DNA of 64,000 bases from the NCBI GenBank assembly GCA_951406725.2, contig OX597822.1, forward strand, positions 39,308,001-39,372,000, given 5' to 3'. The notes under the pieces were generated by a model. It made no database searches, was not told the origin of the DNA, and saw only the letters and a program-made list of their open reading frames with translations. The stretch comes from Octopus vulgaris. Lineage: Eukaryota. Positions 12,790 to 26,031 of the stretch are shown here, piece after piece. Positions within the stretch are counted from its first letter, which is position 1. Each line of letters opens with the position of its first letter. A program made the translations under genes and the position numbers.

Positions 12790-13140
12790 GCAGTGTGTTC
12801 CACTATCTGTTGCTCATCGACATCGCATCTATTCTTTCAAATCTTTCTACTTGTCGCACGGTTTTCAGCAAAATGCCTCCCATTTATCCACATCTATCTG
12901 TAAAAGCTTCAAGATTTCCTTTTACAACACACATAAACCACTTCCATGGTTCATGCAGTGGCCTTTACCCTCTTGTCACCACTCAATAAAAAAAAATGTT
13001 TAGATATACTTCCATTCTGTACTCTGATAACATGGCCAGTCCAACGCATCTGATTACAAACCATTCTTTTGTTAATACTTATCTTTTTAATCCCCGCTCC
13101 AACCAAAAACTCAAAATCAGGAATCTGAAGAAACAAGTAA
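12790..13140 (-). pseudogene. Degraded RTE/BovB-type LINE 3' fragment
   Basis: QMRWTGHVIRV..GSISK.FF..LSGDKR matches the RTE LRW.GHV.RM motif. Confidence 0.6.
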
Positions 13141-13731
13141 TGTTCTGCATCATCAGAAAAAATTTGTTTCTTGTAGAGTCCATAAAATAGATTGCTAAGT
13201 TCAGTTTCCGAGTGGACTGGAGGATCTAAATTTTCTTGTCTTCACTTCTTCACTTCCTCTCTTCTGTTGGTAATTGAATTTATAAAACTCTGCTATAAAC
13301 ATTATCTACAGTCACAAGAAACGACAGATACATTGGATGACGTGGTACTTGATAACACAATGTCTGAAAACGAAACGAAACAAGGGTGGTGGTGGTCACA
13401 GCTGGAATGCCTTGACCTGTAGCTCCGCTTGAATCAACAATAACAAAAACTATTAGATTATGTGTTCGTTGACAGGCGATAAATAAATACTCGAACAGTG
13501 ACAGCTCTCTAGGTAGAAAGTAACCTCAACCCACCACATCCTGCAAAACATACCGACATCACAAACACACCCATTACAGCATGTATAATATTTTTCTACG
13601 CATGTCAAGCTCCTCGGCGTCTTTTCACTCGATCATGTAGAGTGACATGTATGTATAAATATATATTTAAATGAGTGTATGTTTGTGTATGCGTATGCAC
13701 GAACATTAAATTAAAACGGGGACACACACAC

Positions 13732-13782
<51 letters not shown>

Positions 13783-13811
13783 AAAACACACAGAAGTTCA
13801 CTCATACATAC

Positions 13812-13867
<56 letters not shown>

Positions 13868-14572
13868 GTGTGTGTGTGTGTGTGTGTATACGTGTGTTTA
13901 CGTAGCTACATATAAACATACGTACAACGTAGGAACGACTCCCGTGATGTTATTTGTTTAAAGTATTTCAATTTCGAATTGAAATTTTGATAACAGTCCC
14001 CTCTCCACCCCCTCATCAATCTCCCCACTTCCACCCTCGTTCTCTTTCTTGCTCTGTCTTCACTAACTCTCTCTCTCTCTCTCCCTCTTCTATCTGTCTG
14101 TCTGTCTGTCTGTCTGTTTGTTTGTCTCTCACAATTACGAGATTTACTTTTCAATTATCGCACACCCTTTCTGAAGGATGAAGACGTATGGCGTACGAGG
14201 ATCCGACATTTTTTCTACCTCATGCACCCTCCTCACGTCACAGATAAATCTAGCAAAACCCGGATTTGAGGTGACTAGGCATCGGTCACATTCAGAAAAG
14301 GCAAAAGAAAAGAAAAGAAAAAAAAGAGAAGAGGTACAGCGGCAGAAATATCATAAAATCAACAATAGCAAATTGAAAGTACAAACGGGTTTCAGTGCAT
14401 CGAACAAGGAAATTTTGCCTTGACATAGATAGAAAAGAGGTAAAAAAAGTAGAAAACACACACACAATACCCCTGCCCCCCCCCCCCGCCCACACACACA
14501 TGCATAAGTGCACAAACATCAGGAACACGGTTATACTTTTATAAATGTGTATCGTCAAGATGTGCAAAGCAT

Positions 14573-14613
<41 letters not shown>

Positions 14614-14615
<2 letters not shown>

Positions 14616-15785
14616 GGGGTTGGACAAAATAATGGAAACACCTAGCATCATAGCAGCATAATTTTGTAATATCTATAAAACCGTCAAAAGCTTCTTTATT
14701 TTTATGTTTTTTGATTTATTATTAGTGTTGCTTAATATGTTTTGCTAAAATTGCTGTTTCTTTTCAGATATCATCAGAAAAAGGTAATCAAAATTTATTA
14801 AAATGTGAGATATATCGGACTTTCAAAGAGGTGCTCGAATGGCAAGCGCTATCGTAACGAAAACAGTCGAAATGTTTAGTGTATCAAAAAGTACTGTCTC
14901 GAAAGTAATGACAGCTTTTGAGAAAGAGGGAAAAACCTCCTCGTCGAAATAAAACTCCGGAAGAAAACCAAAACTTTCAGATAGGGACCGTCGGACTCTT
15001 ATGCGAATTGTTAGAAAGGATCACAAAAGTACAGTGCCCAAAATTACTGCTGAGCTTAATGACCACTTCAAGAACCCAGTTTCCACAAAAACTGTTCGCC
15101 GGGAGCTGCACAAAGTCGATTTTCATGGGAGAGCTGCAATCAGAAAGCCACTACTTTCAAAAACAAACGTTGCAAAGCATATAGAGTGGAGTAAAAACCT
15201 ACAGAATTGGTCCCTAGGGCAGTGGAAGAATGTTATTTTCTCGGACGTGTCATCCATTACCTTATTTCCGACCACCGACCGAGTATACGTGTGGAGACAG
15301 CCAAAAGATGCATTTGACCCAGACTACCTTTTTTCCAACTGTTAAATATGGAGGAGGATCTGTGATGATCTGGGGTCGGGGTAGTGTGTGTGGGGGCTAT
15401 ATCTTGGAAATCCGTCGGCCCAATATTTTCCCTTCATGGTAGAATTAACAGTCAAGCCTATTTAAGCATTTTATCTGATCAAATGCACCCTATGGTTGCG
15501 GAACTGTTTCTGGAGGGAAACGCAATCTTTCAGGATGATAATTCGCCAATTCACACAGCTGAAGTTGTTACTGAATGGCACAAGGAACATTCCAGTGAAG
15601 TTGAATGTCTTATCTGGCCACCACAGTCCCCAGATCTCAATATTATTGAACATTTATTGTGCATTTTAGAAAAGCAAGTAAGGAATCGATATCCTCCACC
15701 ATCATCACTACAAGAACTGGAGACTGTTTTAGCCGAAGAATGGACAAAAATTCCTTTCGAAACAATGCAAACTCTTCAATTATCC
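14614..15785 (+). mobile_element. Tc1-like DNA transposon, 3'-truncated, with disrupted transposase (DD36E spacing)
   Basis: TA then TIR CAGGGGTTGGACAAAATAATGGAAACACCT; HTH SGRKPKLSDRDRR; W..VIFSD, VKYGGGSVMIWG, FQDDNSPIH, WPPQSPDLNIIE; stops and frameshifts; no right TIR before (CTAT)n. Confidence 0.9.
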
Positions 15786-15824
15786 GGCCATATATATCTA
15801 TATCTATATCTATATCTATGTCTA

Positions 15825-15927
<103 letters not shown>

Positions 15928-16650
15928 ATGTATGTATCTGCGTGTATGTATATACATATATATCTGTGTGCCTGTGTGTGTGTGAGTGTGTATGTCTGTG
16001 TGTGTTTTTGTGTGTGCGTGCGTGAATGTATGTATATATACTCTCTCTCTACATACATGCATACATGCATACATGCATACGCATGTATGCATTTATGGTC
16101 GGTGGATGAGCTCCTGGACCCGAAGGAGCAATCTATTGCAAGACTTTCGTTGCTGCGGTCGATGTTGTCCTTGCAACAGCAGCCTTCACGGCCTGCAGTC
16201 GCTGCTTACTTATTTTAAGCTCTTACAGTTCTTCTGGTCCGAGACATTTAAAAACCTTTACTTCAAATATGAAGTAACTAAGCTTTGTAGTTGAACGACC
16301 CGTTGCAAAACTTTTCTCTCGGCATCCAGTGCAAGATAACAACTCCAGTATAGTTTCCCTTCATGTGGGTTCATGAGACCGTGTATAGCATTCGACTACA
16401 AATTGTCAAACGTCTGGTCCCGTTTGACAAATTGCCCCTATTTCTCATACAAAGGTAACCACGATTCATAGGCCATCACCATCATCACTGACCATTGTGT
16501 TCCCTGTTCCTTAATACTGGGAGATTAGTCTATAGCTAATTGTATAACATTAACTGAGTTTACAGTTCTATATTTAAGAGATGAGGAATTATATATATTA
16601 TTTACATTATTTACATTTGACGGATATTTGTCCTCATCTTGTTAGTTGTT

Positions 16651-16696
16651 AACACAACGTTTCGGCTGATATACCCTCCAGCCTTCATCAGGTGTC
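16651..16696 (-). ncRNA. Minimal type-I hammerhead ribozyme (Penelope type)
   Basis: GACAC-CUGAUGA-A-GGCUG-GAGGGUAUAU-CAGCC-GAA-ACGU-U-GUGUU: canonical core, 5-bp stem II, palindromic ACGU stem III, stem I ACAC/GUGU. Confidence 0.8.
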
Positions 16697-16784
16697 TTGG
16701 AGAAGCTTCGAACTTGGGTTCTCATTCCTAAGGTATTTTTCGATCTTGTTGTTGTTGTTGTTGTAGTTGTTGTTGATGTTGTTA

Positions 16785-16884
<100 letters not shown>

Positions 16885-16895
16885 CATCATCATCA

Positions 16896-16949
<54 letters not shown>

Positions 16950-16950
<1 letters not shown>

Positions 16951-18080
16951 TTTTTTTTCTTCTTTCAAATTTTCTTCCATTTCTTGCCGAGTGTCTTCCC
17001 GACTCCTAGGGCAAAGAAACTCATAGTGTATATTGGTAGGCCATTAAACCAAACTCAGTAGTTCGTTCATTTTTTTTTTTTTTTAAGTTAAATTAAAATA
17101 CATGAGCAGCAACAGTTCTCACATCGACAATGCTCTTCTCAATACATGTGATGTACCAGTTAAGACAATCTTTTGCACTTCTTGCAGGGATGGTAAGCCA
17201 GGGATCATTCTCATATAATTTTCGGTTCCCTTCTTGATCATTCCTAGTGCTCCTACGATCACTGGTATTGTAACCGCCTTGAGATGCCACATTTTCTCAA
17301 TTTCAATGAGTAGGTCTTTATATTTTCTGAGCTTGTCAAACTCTTTCGCTGAGATATTATGATCACAGGGGATGCTCATGTCGATCAATAAGCAAACTTT
17401 ATTGTTTTGGTCTTTCACAACAATATCTGGTTTATTGGCCTTGATGGTTCGGTCTGTATGTACTGGAAAGTCCTACAGAATGGTTACATTTTCTCCTTCA
17501 GTTACCGCCTCAGGGTGGTGATTATACCACTTGTCGGCAGTTTTGATATTGTAATGCCGACTTATTAGCTAGTGGAGATATTGGCCAACTCTGTCATGTC
17601 TTAATTTATACTCCACTGGTGCTAAGACTTTACATCCAGAGATTAGGTGGTCCACTGTTTCAATCATGTCGTTGCAGAATCGGCATTTTGGGTCTGTTCC
17701 ATTTTCATCACATTGGCCTGGTAGTTCCGGGTTGATAGGCTTTGGTCTTGAGCAGCCAGGATGAAACCTTCGCTCTCTGCTTTTAGCCCTGAGCTCCGCA
17801 GCCACTGATGGGTTTGCTTCTGGTCAACATCAGCTTGTTTGCTGCGGGTCACATATTTGCCGTGCAGAGGTTTCTCCTCCCACCTATCAGCCAATTGCTC
17901 GTGCGCTTTTTTCATTGCCATCATTCTCACCTTCTTTGCAACAATAGTTGCCGTACTTCCCTCGGGTTGTTCAGTTTGGGTATCCTGCACGAGATCAATA
18001 GCAAATTTTTTGCTTTCCTTGATGATAGAATGAAGCTTCTTTCGTCTCTCGTGATTTTCCACGAGCTTTAGCATCCAGTC
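16950..18080 (-). mobile_element. 5'-truncated R4/Dong RLE retrotransposon (family 2) in (TAA)n
   Basis: W.EKPLHGKY, LKAESEGFILAAQDQ, CRFC...ETVDHLISGC, RHD, KPD..LLID..KY..L; (TAA)n on both sides. Confidence 0.9.
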
Positions 18081-18143
<63 letters not shown>

Positions 18144-18170
18144 TCACTGCCTGGAATCGAACTCGGAATC

Positions 18171-18319
18171 TAATAACATCGAAAAATACCTTAGGAATGA
18201 GAAGCCAGGTTCGAAATTTCCCCAAGACACCTGATGAAGGGATGGTGGTATATCAGCCGAAGCGTTGTGTTAACATCAAACAAAATGAAGACAAATATCC
18301 GTTAAATGTAAATAATGTA
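18171..18319 (+). mobile_element. Inverted second copy of the hammerhead-bearing body; mutated hammerhead at 18226-18271
   Basis: Reverse complement of ~16600-16745; GACAC-CUGAUGA...CAGCC-GAAGCGUU-GUGU. Confidence 0.75.
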
Positions 18320-18478
18320 TTGAGTTTGTTTCGTTGTTCAGTTTTTAATACGATATATTCTGTCACAAGCTCAATTTAAACATCCGTAGGGGTTGTCTTC
18401 GGCTATTTTATGAGAGCACAAGCATAGCTTTGGCAGAGCCTAGGTAGGTACGTCGCCTTCCATTTATTTCGCACGTGT

Positions 18479-19068
18479 ATGTCAGCTTCGGGTAGAAATG
18501 CACTTGTTTTTGTCACATAGTAATACCATGTCGGCTTCGGGTAGAAATGCACTTATTTTTGTCACATAATAATACCATGTCGGCTTCGGGTAGAAATGCA
18601 CTTGTTTTTGTCACATACTAATACCATGTCGGCTTCGGGTAGAAATGCACTTGTTTTTGTCACATACTAATACCATGTCAGCTTCAGGTAGAAATGCACT
18701 TGTTTTTGTCACATACTAATACCATGTCGGCTTCGAGTAGAAATGCACTTGTTTTTGTCACATACTAATACCATGTCAGCTTCGGGTAGAAATGCACTTG
18801 TTTTTGTCACATACTAATACCATGTCAGCTTCGGGTAGAAATGCACTTGTTTTTGTCACATACTAATACCATGTCGGCTTCGGGTAGAAATGCACTTGTT
18901 TTTGTCACATACTAATACCATGTCAGCTTCGGGTAGAAATGCACTTGTTTTTGCCACATACTAATACCATGTCGGCTTCGGGTAGAAATGCACTTGTTTT
19001 TGTCACGTACTAATACCATGTCGAATTCGGGTAGAAATGCACTTGTTTTTATCACGTAATAATACCAT
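18479..19068. repeat. Minisatellite, 49-bp unit x about 12
   Basis: Unit TAATACCATGTCGGCTTCGGGTAGAAATGCACTTGTTTTTGTCACATAC; starts at 18521, 18570, 18619 and onward. Confidence 0.95.
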
Positions 19069-19508
19069 ATACTCGCCCGCAGGTTGCATGTTTGTATAAC
19101 TCGTCTGCTAGAAGTTATATTTGCAAGAGACGAAACTGCTCTTTCACACAAATTCCCAAGCTGCTTTTATTTGGCAAGATGTGTGTATGTATGTGTGTGC
19201 GTGTGTGTGTGTGTGTTCGTATGTGTGCGTGAGAGAATGTTATTGTTTGTCTCCTGGTTTTGAATATTATCAGCGTTATTATCACCATTATTGTCACAAA
19301 GTTATTGTCTTTTCACCTCGTGTGTTTGTTTGTTCGGTGTTAGATTTCTGTTTTTGATAGTTTTTCTCACTTGTTTTTCTTTTTTAAACCAACTGTTAAA
19401 ACTGAGATTTGCACACAATATTGGCAAAAATGATAACGTTAAACTCGGTGGAACGACACTGCGAAATCACAATTTTAATTCCTATTACAATTGTGGTTTT
19501 TCCTACAC

Positions 19509-19613
<105 letters not shown>

Positions 19614-19654
19614 TACACACACACACATATGTATATATATTCTTTTATTTTTTA

Positions 19655-19992
19655 TTTGTGTCAGCAAAGCGACCCCAGAACTTATTCTTTGTAAGCATAG
19701 TACTTATTCTATCGTAACCTCTTGCCGAACTACTAAGTTACGGGAATGTAAACACACCAACATCGGTTGTCAAGCGATGGTGTTGTTGGTGGGACAACAC
19801 AGACACTAAAACAGACAGACAGACAGACACATATATATACGACGGGCTTCTGTCAGTTTCCGTCTACAAAATCCACTCACAAGGTTTTGGTCGGCTCGAG
19901 GCCATAGTAGAAGTCACTTGTCCAAGGTGCCACGCAGTGGGACTGAACCCGGAACCATGTGGTTGGTAAGCAAGCTTCTTACCACGCAGCCA
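19655..19992 (-). mobile_element. SINE family A
   Basis: Reverse complement of family A; similar minus-strand copies or fragments at 1823-1910, 25540-25865, 29811-30010 and 61870-62010. Confidence 0.85.
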
Positions 19993-19999
19993 ACACTCA

Positions 20000-20126
20000 C
20001 GGTAATGCCTCGATATACGAGTTAATTCGTTCCGGGAAAACACTCGTAAAACGAAAATTCGTAAACAGAAAAATCTCGTAACCCGGTGTCTCGAAAAGCG
20101 GATCCTCGTAAAATGAGGTATTACTG
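20000..20126. mobile_element. Tigger/pogo-like MITE (127 bp)
   Basis: TIRs CGGTAATGCCTCGATATACGAG / CTCGTAAAATGAGGTATTACTG followed by TA. Confidence 0.7.
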
Positions 20127-20140
20127 TACACACACACACA

Positions 20141-20220
<80 letters not shown>

Positions 20221-20843
20221 CACATCTATATATATATATATGTACATACATGCATGTATATATACATATACATATATACATAGTATGAAGCACGTCCAAG
20301 CTTAAGCCTTTCGCAATTAAACAGCTTTGGTAATAGGCATCCTCCTTTACTCGAAAAATAGCTACCACGGACCGCTACCATCGTTATTCAAGTTCCAGTG
20401 ATGCTGATCGACATCCTGAAGATATTCAAAACTGTCAAAAACTGATGAAGACAGACCTATGCCGCCTTCGCCTCTGCTACACCGCTCTCATTTAGCTTTG
20501 TGTAAACTCGATGCAAAAAAAATACCCCTGTGAAATATATACAACTTTAAAATATTGTAAAGCCAGTTTGAAAACAATTTTTTTTCAATTTCCCCCAAGC
20601 TACTTTTAAATAACGCGTATTCTTTGACGAGAGTAAAACAAAATGTCCCCAGCACAGTTATGTTAAAACTTATTGGCGATATTTAAAGAACTTGAAAATG
20701 TGACTTCAAGAGGTTGAGTGAAAATTTCAATATCGGAAAAAAAGTATAAGAACGCGTCAAAATTATTCAGAAATTTACTTCTAATCCACAAACTGTGTAT
20801 AGGGACATGAAGAAAAAGTAATATCTAAGTAAAACAAATAAAA

Positions 20844-21148
20844 GTGGAGGTACATGTCCTAGTGGTTAGAGCAGCGAACTCACGGTGGAAGGACCGCGGG
20901 CGCGAATCTCAGACCGGGCAACGTGTGTGTTTATGAGCGAAACACCTAAGCTCCACACGGCTCCGGCAGAAGGTAATGGTGAACTTCTGCTGACTCTTTC
21001 GCCACAACTTTCTCTCATTCTTTCCTCCTGCATCTTGCAGCTCACCTGCGACGGACCGGCGTCCCGTCCAGGTGGGGAACCTATACGCCAAGGAAACCTG
21101 GAAACTGGCCCTTATGAGCCAGGCATGGCTCGAGAAGGAACAAACAAG
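20844..21148 (+). mobile_element. SINE with family C head/body and alternative tail T2
   Basis: Head as at 52866; tail GCGACGGACCGGCGTCCCGTCCAGGTGGGGAA...GGCCCTTATGAGCC also present at 38300-38390. Confidence 0.8.
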
Positions 21149-21835
21149 TAAAAAAAAAAATTACCCCTCTTCGATGTAAGAACTGGAATGAAAGGAAAAA
21201 TTTCAGTCATGATTAGATATGATCCAAGAAGGATGCTGTACCAACGTAAGCAATAAACTTACGTAATCGATGCTGAAACTCTCACCAAAACTGTAGAAAG
21301 GCTGTATAATGGGAATATATTAGGAAGAGACCTAGTAGTTGGATTGTCTACAAGATGTTTATTTTCTGCAGGAATATTCAACTAACATGTATATTTTAAA
21401 GAACTATGGGAAGCCGGGTTTGACATTCTAAATTAGCTTACCATAACACGGGCAAGACAAAATCTATAGAGCCATTGCTTGTATAAATATTATGTATAAA
21501 CTACACTGAAACAGCTTGAATGAGTTCCTCCAGAACGATAGCGAGACTAACAAGACGTTGATTGATGAGCAGGCGGACGGGTGGAAAGAGGATGTACGGG
21601 GATGTGTTTAACACATTTTGACAAATGAAATTATGTCGTTTGACATAAGAAAACGTTACAGAAACAACCTTGTGACAATATGGCCTGATTGCAGAAAGGT
21701 ACTCGATGGCTAATCATGTCACAACAATAGGCAAAAGTGCTTGTTGCTTTGGTCGGCGCTTTTGAAAAGCTCCCCAAAATTTGATCATCAATCCTCACTC
21801 ATACTTGTAACAGAACGTAGAACATATATCCTATA

Positions 21836-22158
21836 AGAGCACTCCGTCGGTTACGATGACGAGGGTCCCAGCTGATACTATCAACGGAACAGCTTGCTCG
21901 TGAAATTAACGTGCAAGTGACTGTGTAATCCACAGACACGTGTACCCCTAACGGAGTTCCCAGGGAGATTCAGCGTGACAAAGTGTGACAAGGCCGGCCC
22001 TTTGAAATACAGGTGCAACTCATTTTTGCCAGCTGAGTGAACTGGAGCAACGTGAAATAAAGTGTCTTGCTCAAGGACAGAATGCGTCGCCGCGAATTGA
22101 ACTCATGACCTTACAATCGTGAACCGAATGCCCTAACCACTAAGTCACGCGCCTTCAC
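21836..22158 (-). mobile_element. SINE with tRNA head, CORE-like body and tail T1
   Basis: Minus strand GTCCTTGAGCAAGACACTTTATTTCACGTTGCTCCAG; tail ...CCCTCGTCATCGTAACCGACGGAGTGC as in family C. Confidence 0.8.
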
Positions 22159-22549
22159 ATACATATCTCCTACGTTATATTTCAAAGGAAATGCTCCAAG
22201 GAGACAGTCTGAGTTTCTATTCATTTAGGCATTAAGATAACTGTCAGTTCTTTTACTATAATCCACTGGTAAATGTATTAAGGTCAATAAAAGCAAGCGA
22301 TACCTACGTAATTCTGTTTTTTTTTTTTAATTTCTATTTGAAATTTTACGATCCTGAGAAATAATGGGATTTAGTAACAATATTTTCTGCTGTACAGGAA
22401 TGGAATTTAGCCAAAATTAATAATATTTCAAAGCTGATCAAGGAAAAATTGTTTTCTAGTCCCCAAATTTTTTGCATCCATGATCCCTTTATATCCCCTA
22501 TTCCTCACACTATGTGCCATAAGAATCCAATTATTAATAGAAATATATC

Positions 22550-22956
22550 CTTTTCCACTCTAGGCACAAGGCCCGAAATTTTTGGTGGAGCGGGGTCCAG
22601 TCGATTAATTTATCGACCCCGAAAGGATGAAAGGCAAAGTTGACCTCGGCGGAATTTGAACTCAGAACGTAAAGACAGACGAAATACTGCGGAGCATTTC
22701 GCCCGGCGTGCTAACGTTTCTTATTTCTTTATTGCTCACCAGAGGCTAAACATAGAGGGGACAAACAAGGACAGACAAAGGGATTAGTCGATTACATCGA
22801 CCCCAGTGCGTAACTGGTAATTAATTTATCGACTCCGAAATGAGGAAAGGTAAAGTCGACCTCGGCTGAATTTGAACTCAGAACGGAACGGCAGACGAAA
22901 TACCGCGAAGCATTTCACCCGGCATGCTAACGTTTACTGCCAGCTCACCGCCTTTG
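22550..22956 (-). mobile_element. Dimeric family B SINE flanked by one 13-bp TSD
   Basis: Two tandem B units; ATAGAAATATATC at 22537 and 22957. Confidence 0.85.
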
Positions 22957-23527
22957 ATAGAAATATATCATGCAAAGGTGTTGTTAGTAAAGACAGAGTG
23001 ACCAAAGAATCTTACATCACACTAAAAAATGGCAGAATGCCACTCACGTGTTTGCTTTTATTGCAAGACTATCTTACAATACATTTGCAGTAACAGTATC
23101 GATTCCAGCATTTGGAGTATTTGACTGGTCTATCGAAGTAATCCATTCCATAAGATATCCCGCAAGATTCTGATGTCTACTGCAAGCAACATTGTTGACG
23201 ATTAGTTGTGTGATGTTAGTGAGACAACATCAGATAAACAATAACAAGAATAAATATGTCAACGAAATGCTCAGAAAGTGAAGAGAATAATAACTTACGA
23301 TTCGGTTGGGAGGTCACAGAGTTTCTCACTTCTATGACCTTCTATGAGAATCCGAAATTACAAAAAAAAAAAAAACAAAAAAACACTATAACAATGTCAA
23401 CTGTAGAGAAGGCTGACTTTGGATAAATACTAACATCTGTTATAGAATACTTAGATGTTTATTAATACAAAGAATATTGGTCAAACATTAACTTCAAAAT
23501 TTTTTTTAGCTAAGTGCCATCAATATT

Positions 23528-23656
23528 CTTTTCTACTCTAGGCACACGGTTTGAAATTTTTGGGGAGGGGGCCAGTTGATTATATCGACCCCAGTACGCA
23601 ACTAATATTTAATTTATCGACCCCGAAAGCATGAAAAGCAAAATCGACCTCAGCGG
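23528..23656 (-). mobile_element. 5'-truncated family B SINE with 14-bp TSD
   Basis: GTGCCATCAATATT at 23514 and 23657. Confidence 0.8.
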
Positions 23657-23715
23657 GTGCCATCAATATTGATCCGATTTAGTTATTTGGGACAAGACAA
23701 CAATCATGCACAGTA

Positions 23716-24297
23716 GGCGCAGGAGTGGCTGTGTGGTAAGTAGCTTGCTTACTAATCACATAGTTCCGGATTCAGCTCCACTGCGTTGCACCTTGGGCAA
23801 GTGTCTTCTACTATAGCCTCGGGCCTACCAAAGCCTTGTGAGTGGATTTTGTCGACGGAAATTGAAAGAAGCCCGTCGTATATATGTATATATATGTATG
23901 TATCAAATTTCTAAATATCTCAAAGAGATATAAGCAGTGGTGGAACGATAGAGCAGTTGTATACTGTCAACTTAACGTGACAGTCCCATAAAGGGAATCA
24001 CACCACCACTATTTAGCCCTAGGAAGCATCAACGCTTCCTGTCGGCCTTGGCACATTTCCTGTGTCCTTATGTTTACAAAGGGGAGACAAGCACCCCCAA
24101 CAGCTAGGCCTGCAAGACTCAGAAACATGTCTCTGGATGCAGGCCTAGCTGTTGGGGGTGCTTGTCTCCCATTTGTAAACATAAGGACACAGGAAATGCG
24201 TCAAGGCCGACAGGAGGCGTTGATGCTTCCTAGAGCTAAATAGCGGTGGTGTAATTCCCTTTATGGGACTGTCACGTTAAGTTGACAGTATACAACT

Positions 24298-24377
<80 letters not shown>

Positions 24378-24593
24378 GTTTGTGTGTCTGTTTGTCCCTG
24401 CCACCATCGGTTGACGACCGATGTTGGTGTGTTTACGTCCCCGTAAAATAGCGGCTCAGCAAAAGAGACCAATAGAATAAGTACTAGGCTTACAAAGAAT
24501 AAGTCCTGAGGTCGATTTGCTCGACTGAAGGCGGTGCTCCTACATGGCCGCAGTCAAATAACTGAAACAAGAAAAAGAATAAAAGATAAAAGA

Positions 24594-24595
<2 letters not shown>
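23716..24595 (+). mobile_element. SINE family A split by a fold-back insertion in its internal microsatellite
   Basis: 5' half 23716-23880, 3' half ~24375-24595. Confidence 0.8.
23950..24303. repeat. Fold-back element with ~165-bp inverted arms and 23-nt spacer
   Basis: 23950-24114 is the reverse complement of 24138-24303 with few mismatches. Confidence 0.9.
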
Positions 24596-24625
<30 letters not shown>

Positions 24626-24905
24626 GAGAGAGAGAGGGAGAGAGAGAGAGAAAGAGAGAGAAAGATGTGCATTTATATATGTATGCTTGTACTCACACAT
24701 ACACACACAGACATACACGTACATACATTTGCCCACGCATGCACACACGCACACATGCACACACGCACACATGCACCACACACATACATAATGGTACTAA
24801 TTGGGTATCTAAGCAATTTTCGTACGTACGCGATCGTCTGCGCCTGAAATTGTGTGTGGGCGAGCACATCTGTGTATCCCCGAGTGTACGTGCATGCATA
24901 TGTGC

Positions 24906-24953
<48 letters not shown>

Positions 24954-24989
24954 CTATAAACGTATATTGGTCTGTCTGTACTCTCCCCT

Positions 24990-25350
24990 GTGGAGGCGCA
25001 ATAGCCCAGTGGTTAGGGCAGCAGACTCGCAGTCGTAGGATCGCGGTTGGGATTTCCCCAACCGGGCGTTGTGAGTGTTTATTGAGCAAAAATATCTAAA
25101 ACTCCACGAGCCTCCGGCAGGAGGTGGTGGCGAACCCTGCTGTACTCTTTCGCCACAACTTTCTCTCACCCTTTCTTCTTATATCAAAGGGCCATCCTTG
25201 TCACACAGTATGTCACGCTGAATCCCCTCGACAACGGCGTTAAGAGGTACACGTGTCTGTGGACTGCTCACCCGCTTGCACGTTAATTTCACGAGCAGGT
25301 TGTTCCGTTGATTGGATCAACAGGAACCCTCGTCGTAACCGACGGAGTGC
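24990..25350 (+). mobile_element. SINE family C (tRNA-Arg-like head, tail T1); another copy at 29336-29693
   Basis: GTGGAGGCGCAATAGCCCAGTGGTTAGGGCAGCAGACTCGC...GACGGAGTGC. Confidence 0.85.
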
Positions 25351-25980
25351 CACGCTTTTTTTTTTTGTAACTCTCTTCCGTTCATTCCTTGACAAGTTCG
25401 AGTAGCTACAACTCCGTATAGGTTTCAGTTTTCAGCTGTCTCTGCCCCCATTATATAAACAGGCTCCTCTATCAACGGCCCGTTGATGATCACTATCATT
25501 TACAAAGGAGAATCATCATCATCAGCATTATTATTCTTTCTCCTTTACTTGTTTCAGTCATTTGACAGCGGCCATGCTGGAGCACCGCCTTCAGTCGAGC
25601 AAATCGACCCCAGGAATTATTCTTCGTAAGCCTTCGTAAGACAAACACGCACACACAAACTCACACACACACACACACACACGCACACATATATATATAC
25701 GATAGGTTTCTTTTAGTTTCCGTCTACCAAATCCATTCACAGAGCTTTGGTCGGCCCGTAGCTGTAGTAGAAAACACTAGCCCAAAGTGCCAAGCTGTGT
25801 GATTGAACCCGGAACCATGTGGTTGTGAAAGCAAGCTACTTACCGCACAACCACGCATGCACCTATAATTTTCTTCTTCTTCTTCTTCTTCTTCTTCTTC
25901 TTCTTCTTCTTCTTCTTCTTCTTCTTCTCCTTCTTCTTCTTCTTCTCCTTCTTCTTCTTCTTCTTCTTCTTCTTCTTCTT

Positions 25981-26011
<31 letters not shown>

Positions 26012-26031
26012 TTATTATTATTATTATTATT

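Noticed and set aside
16097-16440. RLE nuclease relic on the minus strand (PD...VVE)
   Set aside because: Interrupted by stops; motif too short to support
18479-19068. CRISPR-like array or UUCG tetraloop RNA repeat
   Set aside because: No unique spacers; the C(UUCG)G motif has no extended stem; eukaryotic context
21160-23500. Possible decayed DNA transposase between SINEs
   Set aside because: No recognisable motif or sustained ORF
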